Origin: Phyllosticta citribraziliensis
Taxonomy: Eukaryota
DNA length: 64,000 bases
Direction: 5' to 3'
Assembly: GCF_038025025.1 (NCBI RefSeq)
Contig: NW_027117344.1
Span: 186,001 to 250,000 of the forward strand
Made by a program: the position numbers and the translations under genes. A model generated the notes under the pieces. It did no database searches. It was not told where the DNA came from and saw only the letters and a program-made list of their open reading frames with translations. Within the stretch, counting starts at the first letter, position 1. Every line of letters begins with the position of its first letter. Below are positions 13,676 to 26,456 of the stretch, one piece after another.

Positions 13676-14012
13676 GCGGATTGGGAGGTGTGCGAGGGCA
13701 GAGCCAGAGCCGGTCTGCCGCTTTGCCTCGACTGCCCGGGTTGGCCTTCTTGCCTTTCAGCCCCCTTTGGCTTTTTGCTTTAGGCAGATTTTCTCTGTAA
13801 GTACAGCTAGACGTTCTGTTTTCTCTTACGTAGACGACGGCCTGTTGCTTTTGGGGTCAGCGGGCGTACGGTGGCAAGATATGATATGATACGATACGAT
13901 TTCATTGCGCGTCAGCAGGGGGGTGGTTATGGCAAGAGCTTGGGTGGATTTTGTCACGGCCGCGGAAGAAAAGTGGCTAGACGCTCCTATTCCATTGATA
14001 ATGCTTGTACAT

Positions 14013-14679
14013 GAATGCTCCTTGGTCGCGCTGTTGCGTTCCACCAATTTCCTTTCGCCCGTCCTTCCTCCCGCGCCTGCGCCTTACTATGATTCTGCAC
14101 TTGCCTTCCTGTACAAGGCCTCGACTCTGTCTCGCCTCGAAATTACGGGAGAGCTTCAGGCGTCAAGTCTCGACCAGATGCCCGGACGCGCGGCGATATG
14201 CGGGTGTTGTCGTGCTCCGTCAAGTTTGGCGCGGTGCAGTAGGGCCGAAGGTCCGCTTCAGTGTACATACGCCCGTCCCGGGCGCGGCGCAGCTGCAGAG
14301 ACAACACAAAGCAAAGACAAGAGGACTGTCTTGGTCCCACAAGTCGCGCACATGCGAGCTTCGCGTCCATCCAAACCGCACCGTGGTCTTGATCCTCCGC
14401 AGGAGCTGCCGCGACTCCTGCAAGCCAAAGCCGACGTACTCGATTTTCTCCATGCGGGTTTTGGCTGGCGACAGAGAATCTCCGGCTCCGGGTGCTTCGC
14501 ACTTCCGATGAACCAATCGGCGCCGTGGTCGCCCTGATCATTCGCTCATAAAAAAGAAGCAAGGACTGAAGACTCCATTGGACGGCTATCCTGAGTGCTA
14601 TTGATACTGCTGTTAGTTGCCGCCAACCCTGTCTTTGAGAGGCCGCAAAATTATGACCGTGGACGACCAAGGAGCATTC
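14013..14679. repeat. Perfect 16-bp inverted repeat pair at the left edge of the orphan array
   Basis: 14013-14028 GAATGCTCCTTGGTCG is the exact reverse complement of 14664-14679 CGACCAAGGAGCATTC. Confidence 0.8.
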
Positions 14680-15047
14680 GTCTGGATGGTTGTAGCTGGC
14701 GTGCGGCGGGTCCACGACGCCGAGCGACGGTGATCTTTTGAATCGCATGGCTGGCCTCTGGGATCTCGGCGTTGTTTACCGGGATCAGTACCTCGAGGGA
14801 GACCGTTCTCACAGCGCAAGATGGTCGATGTGCGGCGAACTGATGAGGCGCGGTCGCGCAGGCGCTATCCGTGTCGATACCCACGGACGAGACGTCGTAA
14901 AGTGTGGTGAGAACCTGCAAGCTGCTACCCGGGTTTTTGAAATCATCCATACGCTCGGCCGTGTCGAGGTCTGCGCGCAGCACCTTTGCGTCGATTTTGG
15001 AAATGCCGCAACACCATCTCCGGTCCTCTGCAAGGCGGCGAGAGACC

Positions 15048-15532
15048 TCACAGAAAGGGATCGTCGGAGATCACGACTGTGTCCTCGCCCGTGAAAGCCG
15101 CCCTTCGCTCCGCCCTTCGCCAGAGTTGTCAGCTCAACGCGCTCTCCCAAATCTCACAGGCCGGGACCAACTTACTCTTCCTCCTCGCGCTTTTTCTCTT
15201 CCACCAGCTCATAGAACGCCTCCGTCATCCTGTCGTAGCGCTCCTCCCACGACCCTGGCATGCGCGCTCCGTGCACACACTCGTTGATGTGGTCTTTCTT
15301 GTCCGTGTCCTTGTTGACGTGCGGCTTCCACATCGTGGCGAGCCAGTAGAGCTCCTCGATTGTGTCTTCGTATGCCTCCCAGCGGATGTCCCAGAGCAGG
15401 TGTGTGTTGCTCGCCTTGCCGAGAAGCAAGTCGATGAAGGTCCCTGGCGGAGAGTTAGAATTGTTGGTCTTGGGAGCGGACGTGAAGCTTACACATGCTC
15501 TCCTTGGGGTTGATGACGTCCCAGTACACCAT
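15048..15532 (-). CDS. Orphan tandem array member 1 (small helical protein)
   Basis: MVYWDVINPKESM-W (split by intron 15492-15444)-TFIDLLLGK...RMPGSWEERYDRM. Lacks intron 2. Last intron starts at 15175; the final exon is less certain. Confidence 0.75.
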
Positions 15533-16814
15533 GGCTTCGGAGTAGATATGAAAGCGGAGGCTGGGTAGAGAGATCGCGAATCAAGAAAGCGAGCTTTTGG
15601 TGATTGGTCACCGTGTATAGATCGCGGGCGGTGGAAGGAGTGGTTTTTGCGAAGTGCGTTGTTGATGTTTGGATCAGGGCGCGATGTTGGACTAGATATC
15701 TGCGGAGCAGTACCGTGGTGCGCGCTGATGCCGACAGGCAACGGGCGGCAAGCACGCGCACCCAGGGAACAATGAACATCTCGCAAAGAATTAACACTTT
15801 CCAAGGGAATTGACACTCGACTGGTTGGCCCCTCGCCGATACCCGCTCGCACCGACCCAGCGCAAACGCCAACACTGCCCTCACTTAACGAGCAAAAGTT
15901 CTATGTGTTATACAAGGTACATTGTTTCTGAACAGAAAGAGTAGACAAAGGGTTTATTTGGAAAGGTCGTTGTCCTGGAATTCATCCTCCCGCCCTCGAA
16001 GCTGGACAGCTTCCATCCACCAAAGGCTGAGCGTAGAGACGCAGAAGCAGAGTCGATCCGTACCACTGGGTGTCTGTACGGCCTACTTGAACAACTGATT
16101 TTCCGCTTTGCTTCTTGCGTTGACTAAGATCGCTTGAAAGGGCCTGGCAGGATGGGTTCGATCACTTACGCGTCAGGACCCAGACACTCCCAGGAACGAA
16201 CGCTGCCTAAACGTGGCGGGGAGTGAGGATGCATAAGAACAGGTACTTGGAATTTTCCTGAGATTTGCGCTTGATTCGTCCCTGAAAACAACGGAACATG
16301 GTCAGAATACGACGAATTGTCCCTTTCTGCCAAACTTCACCATCTTTCGCTTGCAGTTCAAACCTGGTACGCAAGGAGAAGGGTCGAAAAAGCCCTTGAC
16401 ACTGCTTGAGAGCGATTCTGTGGCATGTGATGGCTTTCAGCAGGAGGACCTGAAGGGCGGCGCGGCGGTTCAGCACCAGCAGCTGAAGCTGCAGTAAGCA
16501 AATGACGATGGTTGAACAAAAAAGCATGAATACGACGATAAATGGTCCAGAAACTAGTAGAAGAGGTTGATTGAGGTCAAAGAGCACGTCTAGAAGCGGA
16601 GAGAAGCTCAATTGCAGCAGTGAATGAGTATGTTTGCGTTGAGGCAAAGTGTAAAAAAGGAGTGCCCATTCGCCATTCCCAGAATTCCATTGATGCCAGA
16701 TCCGTGTGAAAGTGTATCTCTTGAGAAGAATCCCCGATTTGTTATTGGACGCCTCCCAGTGGTAAAATTCAAGAGAGGACTGATGGACAAGCGGAAAGAG
16801 GGCAGAATCAACCA

Positions 16815-17333
16815 TCAGTGGTGCGTCCGGCATGAAAGAGCCAACGGTGTAGACTCTTTGGTGGACAAATCTTTGGCAGAACCGTTAGCTTCAAGCTGTC
16901 GAAGAGGGCTGACGACCGAATGATTTACCGCTCTGTGCAACTGCCTGGAAGATCAGGGCGACTCCGAGACGCCTGGCGCGCTGGCAGCGAATCTTCCAAG
17001 ACTCCGGAGTATCGGGGTCGGAGAGTCGGTGAGCCAGGCAAGGGAACATTTCGTCTCCGATGAGTCAGTATCGACACTCAGCACGAGGGGGGTTTTGGCG
17101 AAAGTTCTTACGAGGGGCGGCTTGATTGAGCGGCAAGCGGAGGGCACCGAGCTTCCGACAAACCCACCTGAGGGCCTGGAAGCGGATGGCACCACAGTTT
17201 GGGCCGGCATTCTCGGCGAAAAGGAGCACGCGGTCGATTTTGTCCCCTGTGTGGCTGTCAGTGGAGCTCCGGGGCAGTAGGGCGACATGAGAGACTTACA
17301 GACGCAGGGATCAACCTTCTGAAAGCGAGCCAT
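16815..17333 (-). CDS. Orphan tandem array member 2
   Basis: Introns 17299-17247, 17111-17055 (GAG acceptor), 16928-16871. MARFQKVDPCV-W-DKIDRVLLFAE...H-EMFPCLAHRLSDPDTPESWKIRCQR. Confidence 0.8.
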
Positions 17334-18115
17334 GGTTGCTGTTGAGTGTATTTTCGCTGGGGAGCTGTGTGGAGACGACAGGATGAGAGGTTTTTGGCGG
17401 TGGTGGGCGGTGGTGGGAAGGTATTTATCAGGTGGGCGCATGCCAACGCCGAAGCTTTCTGCGGCGACGAAAGTGTGTTAACCTGCCGGCCAAGACTTTC
17501 GCCAAAATCCAGTACATTAAGCGCCTGCATTTTTCAATGGCTATACTCGAGGAAGATAGTTCCTCGGGCGCAGTTTTCACGGTAAAAGCGGGCTTGAGAA
17601 TGCCTGTCAGAAACCACCCTCTATTCTTCTGCTTGTGAGGTTTTCATGTATAACCTGGGCGACTATACGAAAGGCTAAAGAAGGACTGAAATAGTCTCGA
17701 GTAACGCACAGGGAGCATTCGTCCGCTGTGCCGCACCGCTTCAAGAGCCTCTTCATCGGCGGGCCACGCGCCTGGGGAGCATTCAGCCCTGCGCCGCCCT
17801 CGACCAAATTTATTCCACCATTCAAAGAGAGGAGCGAGCCACCAGGTCCTACGGAGCTTTTGAAAAAGTTGCTTGTCGCCAAACGTATTGACGCTTGAAA
17901 CCCGAACAGACCCTCATTGAAAGAAGTGTGCAACTCAATTTTAGAAGAAAGGAAATCATCTTTTATTTAGAAGCGAGCACGAAGTTTCCAATGCCGTTTG
18001 CAGAAGGTTGCATACGATAGAAGTTTCCGCTCCTGTCCTCCTGCTGAGCCATGGTTGTTGCCGTCATCCTGCCTGTGGTACGGAAGAGTGAGGGTAGATG
18101 CTGTCCCTGAGACCT

Positions 18116-18596
18116 TCAAGGGTGCGCCAGGATCAATTCATCCGATGCTGTTCCAGTGGTTAGTTTGGACGCGTATTCAGGGTTCAAAAGTTGCACCACA
18201 CTTACGAGAGAGGACCGAGATGCCCTGTGAGATCAGAGCCCACGGAAGCCTCATTGTGCCTCGATGGGCATGCTTCCAGACGCCCGGCGTGTCGTTGTCA
18301 AGGGCGCGGCCCGAAATGATCGAACAAGCATTGTCTTCTCCGGTCAGCATTGGCAAAGGTCTCCGAGCTTGAAAGCACTCGCCTGAATTGATTCCCTCAT
18401 TTGTCGGGTTTCCAAGGAATGCTAACGCCCGTATCACGTATGCGAGAGCATCGTGACTGGTGTTGGCGGGAAGCGATTGATCCTCAACATGGTCGAGAAC
18501 TCGGTGAAGCTCGTCCCCTGCGTCGGCGTCAGTAAGGCTCGCAGGAAGGACACACAACTCACAGAGATGGGTGGGCACATCAGCGAAGAGCACCAT
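18116..18596 (-). CDS. Orphan tandem array member 3
   Basis: Introns 18562-18518, 18382-18335 (GC-AG, donor GCGAGT), third from 18205. MVLFADVPTHL-W-DELHRVLDHVE...D-NACSIISGRALDNDTPGVWKHAH. Confidence 0.8.
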
Positions 18597-19193
18597 GACG
18601 CTCAATGTAGAGGGAGGTAGTTGGTGGAGAAGATGAAGATTGGTGACAACAGGCAGGATGTTTGGGCTGTCTACCAATGCGGGCGGTGGCATGCCAACGC
18701 CGAAGTCTCCAGCGAGGAAGGCTTCCAGCCCACGCCAATCGCCGACCGCCGACATCGTAGAATTGCCTTGGAAATTTACACGGGCCTGTTTGGCCTCTTG
18801 GAAACCTATTTGAGAGATACCACAGTCCTCAGCTCCACGCTACTTGGTCGCGGGAGCAACGTTGAATTCTCGTGTTGTCAATGCAAAAGGACTCGGCTTA
18901 ATATAAGACTACATCGCCTTCGATCAGCGGGGAGGGCGGCCATGGACTTCCAAATATTACTGTCACAAGGTGACATCATGTTTCACAAGAAGCAGTCATG
19001 AAGTAGTCCATTGAAAGGAGCAGAAAGAAGCACCAGAATACTTTCTGTTTGAAGCCCCAGATGTTTTGTCCTTCCCACTCCGCCCTTTCACCCATTCCCG
19101 GTCACTGCCGACAAGTTATACGCTCAGTGTGGGCCAGTGAGCAATGAAGAAGCCATCTCCAGATATTTGGGCCATGTCGTAGGGCTGGCCGGT

Positions 19194-19655
19194 TCACTCC
19201 TTTTCAGTGTTGTCAGCTTTAGTCCGTTGGCCGACCAGACGCAATGAATGGAACCAACGTACGAATACGACTGCAGAGATGCCCTGGTGTAGAAAGGTCC
19301 AGTACAGCCAGATCAAGCGACAAAACCTGTCCTTCCATTCCTCTGGCATGTTGTGGTGGAGAAAACGCGTGCGAAGGTCAAAGTGGTGGTCGTCTACACA
19401 CTCCAGTCAGCGCGGGCGAAGATTGGGCAAGGTTGGGAAGTTCTTACAAATCGAGTAACCGTCTAGGAGGATGCCCAGGTACTCCAGCCTCTTGGTGGCC
19501 CAGTGGAGTGCAAAATGGCGCATGCGGTCGGGAGCAAGGCGATCTCCGGCAAAGTCCAAGGCGTCATCAAGCTCGACGACTTGTTTGGACGTCAGTAAAG
19601 CTCGGGAGTACAAGAGTAGAGCAGGAAACTTACACAAATCGACAGGGAGAGCCAT
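19194..19655 (-). CDS. Orphan tandem array member 4
   Basis: Three introns (first 19633-19580). MALPVDL-F-VELDDALDFAGDRLAPDRMRHFAL...Y-DHHFDLRTRFLHHNMPEEWKDRFCRL. Confidence 0.8.
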
Positions 19656-20956
19656 GGTAAAGAGCGAGAGAAGATGCGGCCAGATTTTCTTGGTGGTGCG
19701 GATTGAGAGTCTGGTGTTGTCTTGGATGAGACAACAAAAGGTTAGGTTGGCCAGGCGGAGGACCGAGATTCTGTTGTTGTGGTTGGAGGTGCGCCGACGC
19801 CGAAGTCAATCGGCGCGGACGGCACGCTTGCCCACATGCGCCGGCTGGCGATCAAGTCTCGCAGGCCTCAGAAATTGAAGTTCGAAGTGTTAAAACCCGC
19901 AAGATACTGTAGCAGCTGCGGGTGTGGCTTGAAAGGAGTCTGCCCCTGTGATTGCTCGACAAGAGTACAGTACTATAATCGATACAATTCGACATGAATT
20001 ATTCCTGTATTGCAAATCCCTCACTTTCAGTCTCCTCTTTTGACCATCCAAAGCTGCTAAGTGCAAGGTCATGATCAAGAAATAATCATGCAATGTCAGT
20101 TCAAATCTGTCGGGTTTCTACGTCAGAGGATGGGGGAACTCACCTCTGCTTCCTCCAAAAGATTGCACTCGGACTCTCTGAAGATACGAGTGAATCAGAA
20201 GCTAGAATCGTTGTATCAATGGTCTTTTGCACGGTTTTCAGTTGATTGTAGGACAAGAGGATAGGGAAAAGCACGAATCTCATCAAAGCATTAGGAAGCC
20301 GTGCTTGGAGAGACGGTCAGCAGCATGGATGAAGAGATCTCGAGTGTAAATCAAACAGACGACGTTGGATTTGAGTTGTTTGTTGACAGGACATGGAGCT
20401 CGCCAGAAGTGTTGGCTCAGGCCGTCGTGGGCCGAAAAAGAGAAGGATAGAGATTCTCACGCCGCCACGGATATCTTAGACGACGGGAAAGAAAACTGCG
20501 CCCAGGGAGCGGTCGTCTGTTGTTACATTGATGCTTAAGGAGGAGCCATCCGCTATCACGTACACGTCCAGAGAGCCATGGTTCATTGCCGCGGCGACAG
20601 AGTCCCACCTCTTTCGACCCCCGCGACAGCAGCCGCTACAAGACACTTTAACAAGGCTGATACTAGGGTGGCCACGAAGTAGGTTCGAAAACTTTGATTC
20701 AACTTTTGATACCTTTGGAAACCACCAGTGTAATCCTCCTTCGCGCTTCCGTTTGTCAAGATCTCCAACAATTCCGTGCTTCTGTAGTGAAGGGCCTTCC
20801 TTGCCGAAAGTTATCCTGTTTTTGTTCTAAGACAGAGCCGAGTGGAAAAGGGAATCTCGGAGGAAGCGGCCTATTCATGATCTGTATGGGGGATGTCAGC
20901 TCAAAGAAGCGGGCACTGGGGTTATTTGCGAGAGTAAACTTACGCCTTCGGGTGTG

Positions 20957-21338
20957 TCATTCCCCCGCTCGAGCTCTTTCGAGAAGCTTCGAGACGCGCA
21001 TCATGCGCCGAAAGCGCCGCTTCCAGGCGGCCGGGGACGCCGGATCGTTGTAGCGCTCGATCATGTCCTCGGCAGGATCGTCTTCCCCAGTCAGCGGGGA
21101 CGGCATGAAGAATTCGGGACGCTTACAGTCTTCGCCTCGCACTCTAGGCCTTCCGATCTCCTCCATCTCCTCCATCGCCAATCGGAAACATTGTAGGCGG
21201 TCCGACATGCGGCGAGACCGCTGCTTGGCCATCTTCAGCCAGTTGTCGATGTCGTCATCTTTTCTGTGGTCAGCCGGGTACGAGTTCTGACGGTGGAGCG
21301 TTGTGCTTACAAAGACCTTGAGTGAGGAAGCCGAGCAT
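20957..21338 (-). CDS. Orphan tandem array member 5
   Basis: MLGFLTQGL-Y-DDIDNWLKMAK...Y-DPAEDMIERYNDPASPAAWKRRFRRM. Intron 2 at 21126-21082; the third intron (GTAAGT) lies just after the stop codon. Confidence 0.8.
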
Positions 21339-21816
21339 GTTTGTGGTGGAAATGGTAGAAGGTAGGTGGTGGTTGGTAGTGTTCAGTGTTTACATTCGGC
21401 GCTGGAAGTGCCGTGCCAAAATGCTGCGCCGGCGACGAAAAGCAAGAGGCGAGCGCCTGCGCCTGTCGGCGTTCGGGGGGCGTGCGTTTCATGCACCGCC
21501 CGTGGGAGCGTTCATGAGCGAAGAGGGACGGCATTGTTTTATTCACGGATTCTGGACAATGGTTTTGTTTTCTGCCGTGAGTTTGCTAGTAGAGATCTAT
21601 ATTTCTCCCTCAGCTTGACCCGCAGCAACGAGTCTGTAGCTGCAGTGTTCTTTATACCGCTCATACGCACTCAATGATCCTGCCAGGTTCCAAAAGCTGA
21701 GGACGGCGAGAGCACGAAAGGGTGAGGGAATCGCGTGTCCTTCAAACGAAGCTGGAAGGCATCAGCTCATGCCATCGTCTCCGGAATGCCAGCTGGAGCC
21801 TCACCTTTTCCGCCCT

Positions 21817-22188
21817 TCAGCGGATTTTATTCTCGCTCAAGTATATGAGACGCCTTGCGCGCTCCTTCCAAGCCTCCGGGGTACGCTCATCCTTCATCCT
21901 AGCCCAGAAGTCGACCTTGGGATGATCTGCCTCAGTTAGTGGAGATCACGGAGAGCCCAGTTGTGCCTCACAGTTCTCAGGAACGACAGTGGGACGTCCA
22001 ATCTTGGTCAACATGCGCAGAGCATAGTTCCAGAGCGTTCGCTGGTTGTTCTCGGGCTTCTCCGCCGCGTCCATCATCTTGTCGATTGCGGTATCTGTCA
22101 AAGTCAGCTGCAGCTCAAAGCGAGAGGATAAGGAGAACGGACAGATGCCCGAGGGAACGTTGTAGGTGCCCATGTTTGGAGTGTTCAT
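21817..22188 (-). CDS. Orphan tandem array member 6
   Basis: MNTPNMGTYNVPSGI-Y-TAIDKMMDAAE...Y-HPKVDFWARMKDERTPEAWKERARRL. Intron 1 at 22142-22095; third intron after the stop. Confidence 0.8.
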
Positions 22189-22867
22189 GGTTGTTGAAGG
22201 CCAGGAGTTCTGTGTTCGCAGTTCGTCGGATGTTGTATTGTAGTGGGAGTCAAGGCACGTTGCGAGGTTGTGCCAACTTTAAGAGCCCCACGGTTGCCAA
22301 TGCGTTGTGCCATCAGCCTTGGCATTTCTGGCTGTCAAAACTACAAAATTGACACAGAAAGTGTTAACTCGACCCTTATATAAGGAATTTGTCCGCGGCA
22401 GCGTTAGAATTTTGGGCGCAAACTTAATTACTTGTGACGACCATGTCTTCGATCTTCATATCTGATTTCATTCGGCAGCTGCAAGCAAAGCAAACGACAA
22501 GGTGCGGCGAACGGGCTTTAGCCACCAAGAATCTGCGCTCCGCGATTCAAATCGATCGCTGCAGCAAGCAAAGTTGCAAAGTCTCAAGTTGCATTCGGAA
22601 TGATCTTTTTGGCAGTGACTTCAGGGTCTGCGGTATTGGAACAAGTAAAGCATTCAGGGGCTCACGAGGAGCATTCAAGCGCGGCATCGGCGCCGTGAAG
22701 GTGACCTCTGCCCCAAAAGACGGAAGAGAGGAGGGTCTGCAGCCCGAACAAAAGAAGACTGTGATCGCATTCTGTTTCTATCTGTGCAGAAGCGGCTGTG
22801 TTTGCGCCGAATGAGTCCTCCCGAGCGATTGCTGGCCCATGTTGTGAAAACTTCGCCAAAGAAAAGT

Positions 22868-23324
22868 CTAGATCGGCTGGTAGCGAGGGGCTGTCAGCTC
22901 AACCATCCGGAGAATGCTGCACCGGAACGAAACCTACCCTCAGCGTGATAGTGAGCTGAAACCTGTATCCAGCCTCAATCAGGACCAAGAAGAAGAGTTG
23001 TTCGAATGCCTGATGCCACTGATGAGATTCACGCCTGGCGAGGTGCGCTCCACGCAGAAGCTCCCACGGACGCTCTGGCTCGGTCAGCGGCGAAAGAACG
23101 AAGAAGGGAGTGGACACTTACCGATCATTTGGTCCAGAATCGTTGTACTCAAGTCGCAGAGGTCGGTCGCAATCAATACAAGAAGGGACCTCCTGAAGGC
23201 ACTCGAAAAGCGTCGATCGTGGGCAAGGTTGATGTGAATGTTGAGGAGGTCATCTTTTCTGCGGTCAGTGTTTCCCCTTGAGGGCTGTGAATTATTCCAG
23301 AGACTTACATAGCAAGGCTTCCAT
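22868..23324 (-). CDS. Orphan tandem array member 7
   Basis: MEALL-Y-DLLNIHINLAHDRRFSSAFRRSLL...E-RPWELLRGAHLARRESHQWHQAFEQL. Three introns with GTAAGT, GTAAGT and GTAGGT donors. Confidence 0.75.
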
Positions 23325-23927
23325 CTCTCCGAGTTCTGCCTGTAAGTGAGTGGCCTGTAGAAAGGCTCTTTCGAAACTCTGCAGGAGTTGCAGTTGGTTG
23401 ATGGCGAGGTCGAAGGAAATATTGTAGATATGCAGCGGTGGTTTAATGCGTCACGGCCGACGGACCGAACTGAACTGAACTGAAGACAAATATGGCTGGT
23501 GAGGCAGCCGTTTTTCGGAGCAGAGGGAAAGCAACGAAGAAAGTCTGCCTGGGAATATGCCTGGTGGGAAAAAGGACGCGCTGGACTCTGACAGCGGGAG
23601 TAGAAAGAAGAGTCCCTCAATCCTCACGACGCGCATTACATCCAACGACATCGGGCTTAGGGGCTGCTTGTTGGTGTTGTGGGTGTCCAAAAGAGCGCCC
23701 TGCAGATTGATTGCTACTCTGTTGTCCCTCGTCTTCTGTCTTCTTCTACTCTGCCATTGTACTCCTGAACGAAACTCCCGCTCCCGGCCCCGCGGTGGAC
23801 TGACTTCGTGAGATATTTGACGACAACGAGATGGCGGCAGACAAACGATCTGCGAAAACTGTCAGCCAGAGTCCTAGGCGCCGCAAAAGGGATTCAAAGC
23901 TACCCTTCTGCCGAAGCAGCAAGGCTA

Positions 23928-24350
23928 TCAAGCCTGGGTCCGAGCCAGCTCCAAAAAGTACCGCCTAAAAACGCGGACGAAGCGCTCATTCCAGACCGGA
24001 GGCTCTTGTCCGCTGAAGAAACGGTCCTTGATCTGGTTCCACACCGAGTCTTGCTTGATGAGCGCAGCTCACTTCTCCAGAGTTCGAGAGCCTTACCGGT
24101 GCTTCCTTCCTGCGGGCCTGGTCCAAGTCTCCACAGCGTGATCATGGCCATCTCCAGGAAACGTCGCCGCAGCGTGACGGGAAAGTTCTCCCGCTCGATG
24201 TGCATCATAAGGTTGTCGAATCGTTCGTCTTTCCGGCTGTCAGCGGTGGTTCAGCTGCAGGCAAGGATATCGAGACATACAGTGAGTGGCCTCGCTTTCC
24301 ACAGGAGCGTCTGCCGAGGGGGTGATTGACGCAGGAGTATTGTCTTCCAT
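23928..24350 (-). CDS. Orphan tandem array member 8
   Basis: MEDNTPASITPSADAPVESEATH-Y-ERFDNLMMHIERENFPVTLRRRFL...D-SVWNQIKDRFFSGQEPPVWNERFVRV. Both coding introns use AAG acceptors. Confidence 0.8.
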
Positions 24351-24519
24351 GTTGGGCTGCTTGAAATGGTGATGTTTGGTTGTCAAGGTCGTTTGGGGTA
24401 GAGTTGTTTGGCCAAAGACGCAAAACCTGGAAGATTCGAAGTTGGAGTGCCGGCGCTGCGTGGACATGGTGGAAGTGAATGCCCGACCGATGGAGCTGAT
24501 TTTGCCCCTTTGGGTCTAG

Positions 24520-24937
24520 CGTGGCTCAGTTCCAACGACCGAGCCTCCGCAGAATCGCGCCTCCGCAGCAGGCCATGGAAACAATGTGATTCTGTGGTGC
24601 TCTTTGAAAAAGACGCTTGTTGTTCTTGCTCTTGATCTGCAGACTTCCGCTGGCTGGACGGCGCAAGATGGCAGTATAACATGCTCACTGCTTGCACTGA
24701 CTTCTCGTCCCACCCCATTATGTTCCAAAATCTTGATTCTCCATGATTCTGGTACTAGCTGTTGCATGCGTACTGCCGTAAAAGAGCGCCTTCGTCCAAA
24801 AGCGAACGACTGGTCTTGAGCAAACAAAGAGGGCCAGTGATTGTGACAGCCGCACGGGCAGGGACGAGGTACTTCGATGGCCTTGTTCACATTATTTCGT
24901 GTGAGATCTGCGAGGGCTTGCATTCTTGAGCAGACAT
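24520..24937 (-). pseudogene. Probable degenerate array member 9
   Basis: Same upstream layout (GCCAACGC motif near 25054, C/A-rich leader, ATG at 24937) and fragments such as VPESWRIKIL, but I could not build a clean spliced model. Confidence 0.35.
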
Positions 24938-25320
24938 GACGAGTGGTTGAAGACCTGGAGTACACTCTGCGGGTGGGTCTGCCTGTTGCGAAGGTGGTGT
25001 GGTGGGTGTTGTTGCGGCAGAGTTCAATGAACAAACAGCGCAGACGCGGCCGGCGCCAACGCGATGAAAATCGACAAAATTCCACCCGCTGTATTGAAAA
25101 TCTCGCAATTCTCATTTGAGGTGCTACTTGCACGAAACCTCTTGCCCCTCTCCTCCCCATGGTCCAGTCCTGCCCGGCGCAAACCCCCAGATTTATGCTC
25201 GCTCCCCAGTCGCGCCACTGGTCCCTCTCACCCGCATGCGAGCTGGGAGCATTCGACTGCTGATCAAAGAAGTCTTAGCAAAATACTGCACCGGCAGAAA
25301 GCGCAAATCAGCCATACCTC

Positions 25321-25736
25321 TCATTCTCCCTCCGCCTCGATGAGCGGGCCCCACCCCATGTTGACAAAGTGGCGGAGCGACACAAGGCGAAAGAAAAGAG
25401 CCCTCCAAGCAGCGTCGGTGCGGGCGGTCGGGAACATCTGTTCCAGGAGGTCCCAGGAAGCGTCTACTTCAGTTAACGGGAGCTCATTGTTTTGCTGGAG
25501 GCCTAGGCTAAGCGTACCGATGCTGCTGCGTTGTGTGGCCTGCGTGTTGTACAGCGCGAGCGCTGCTTGGTCGAGGAGGCGGCGGCGCTGGGCTTGGGTG
25601 ATGCCGCGGGTGCGCTCGAGGAAGGAGAGGAGCGCATCGACGACGTTGTCTGGGCTGCGGTCAGCGTTGGTTTTTGGGGGATGAATCCGGACCTACAGCC
25701 TGGGTTGGTGCCGTTCGTAGGAGGCTGTGAAGCCAT
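25321..25736 (-). CDS. Orphan tandem array member 10
   Basis: MASQPPTNGTNPG-Y-NVVDALLSFLERTRGITQAQRRRLL...D-ASWDLLEQMFPTARTDAAWRALFFRL...GWGP. Third intron donor 3 nt after the stop. Confidence 0.8.
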
Positions 25737-26456
25737 CGTGGTCGCTGCTGCTTGAGGGGAACAAGAGTTGTGGAGGAGGATGTGCAAGGACAGATTTTCA
25801 GAGGGCAGATGTCGGAGGCGGTTAGAGAAGCTCTGTTCTTTGTGAAGGAGATTGCCAAAACCTGGAGGTTGGAAATAATGTACAGCGTGTGGCAGGCGAC
25901 GCTCACACACAAAGTGAATACACTGAAGTGAATCTATCTCTTTAGGGTTACTACACAGCTATTCACAACCTCAACACCATCCAGAAGAACAGGAATGATG
26001 ATCAAGATCACCTGCCCTACCCTGGAGGCGTCCTACTCAAAGACACTCAAAAAATTGCAAAAAGCAGCAGGAAACAGCGGCGGAGGGCTGCTGCTTTGCG
26101 CCTGCACTCGCTACAGGGTTGAAATGAGGTAAATCGCCTTTTGTACCCTCACCAAACAAGGCACACAAAGTTTCCAGGGAAGAGTTAACGCTGAGCTCAA
26201 CTACCATCAGAGTCCGATGTATCTCGAGAAGCGCTTGATTTTTGCTATGCCTCATGTCCCTGCCCTATCTGTTGAACTGTTTACGCGTCCACCTGAGACC
26301 CCCCTCCCTTTCCCCATCCCTTGTTCTGTCTGTTGGTCTCCGGCTTGAGGCACGAGTTGGAGCGCGTGCCGAGCGTGCGAGAGGCCACAGCGCGTCTGCC
26401 AGAAGCCCAAGTCAGCCAAAACCCCCAAAAACGCAAGATCCTCTCTTACTCCTCAA

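Noticed and set aside
14100..15000. A 15th array member left of member 1
   Set aside because: I found no T|GT first exon, xxID helix or conserved Trp.
16207..16833. 208-aa hydrophobic ORF downstream of array member 2
   Set aside because: No family motif or promoter layout, and out of frame with my member-2 model. An alternative last exon cannot be excluded.
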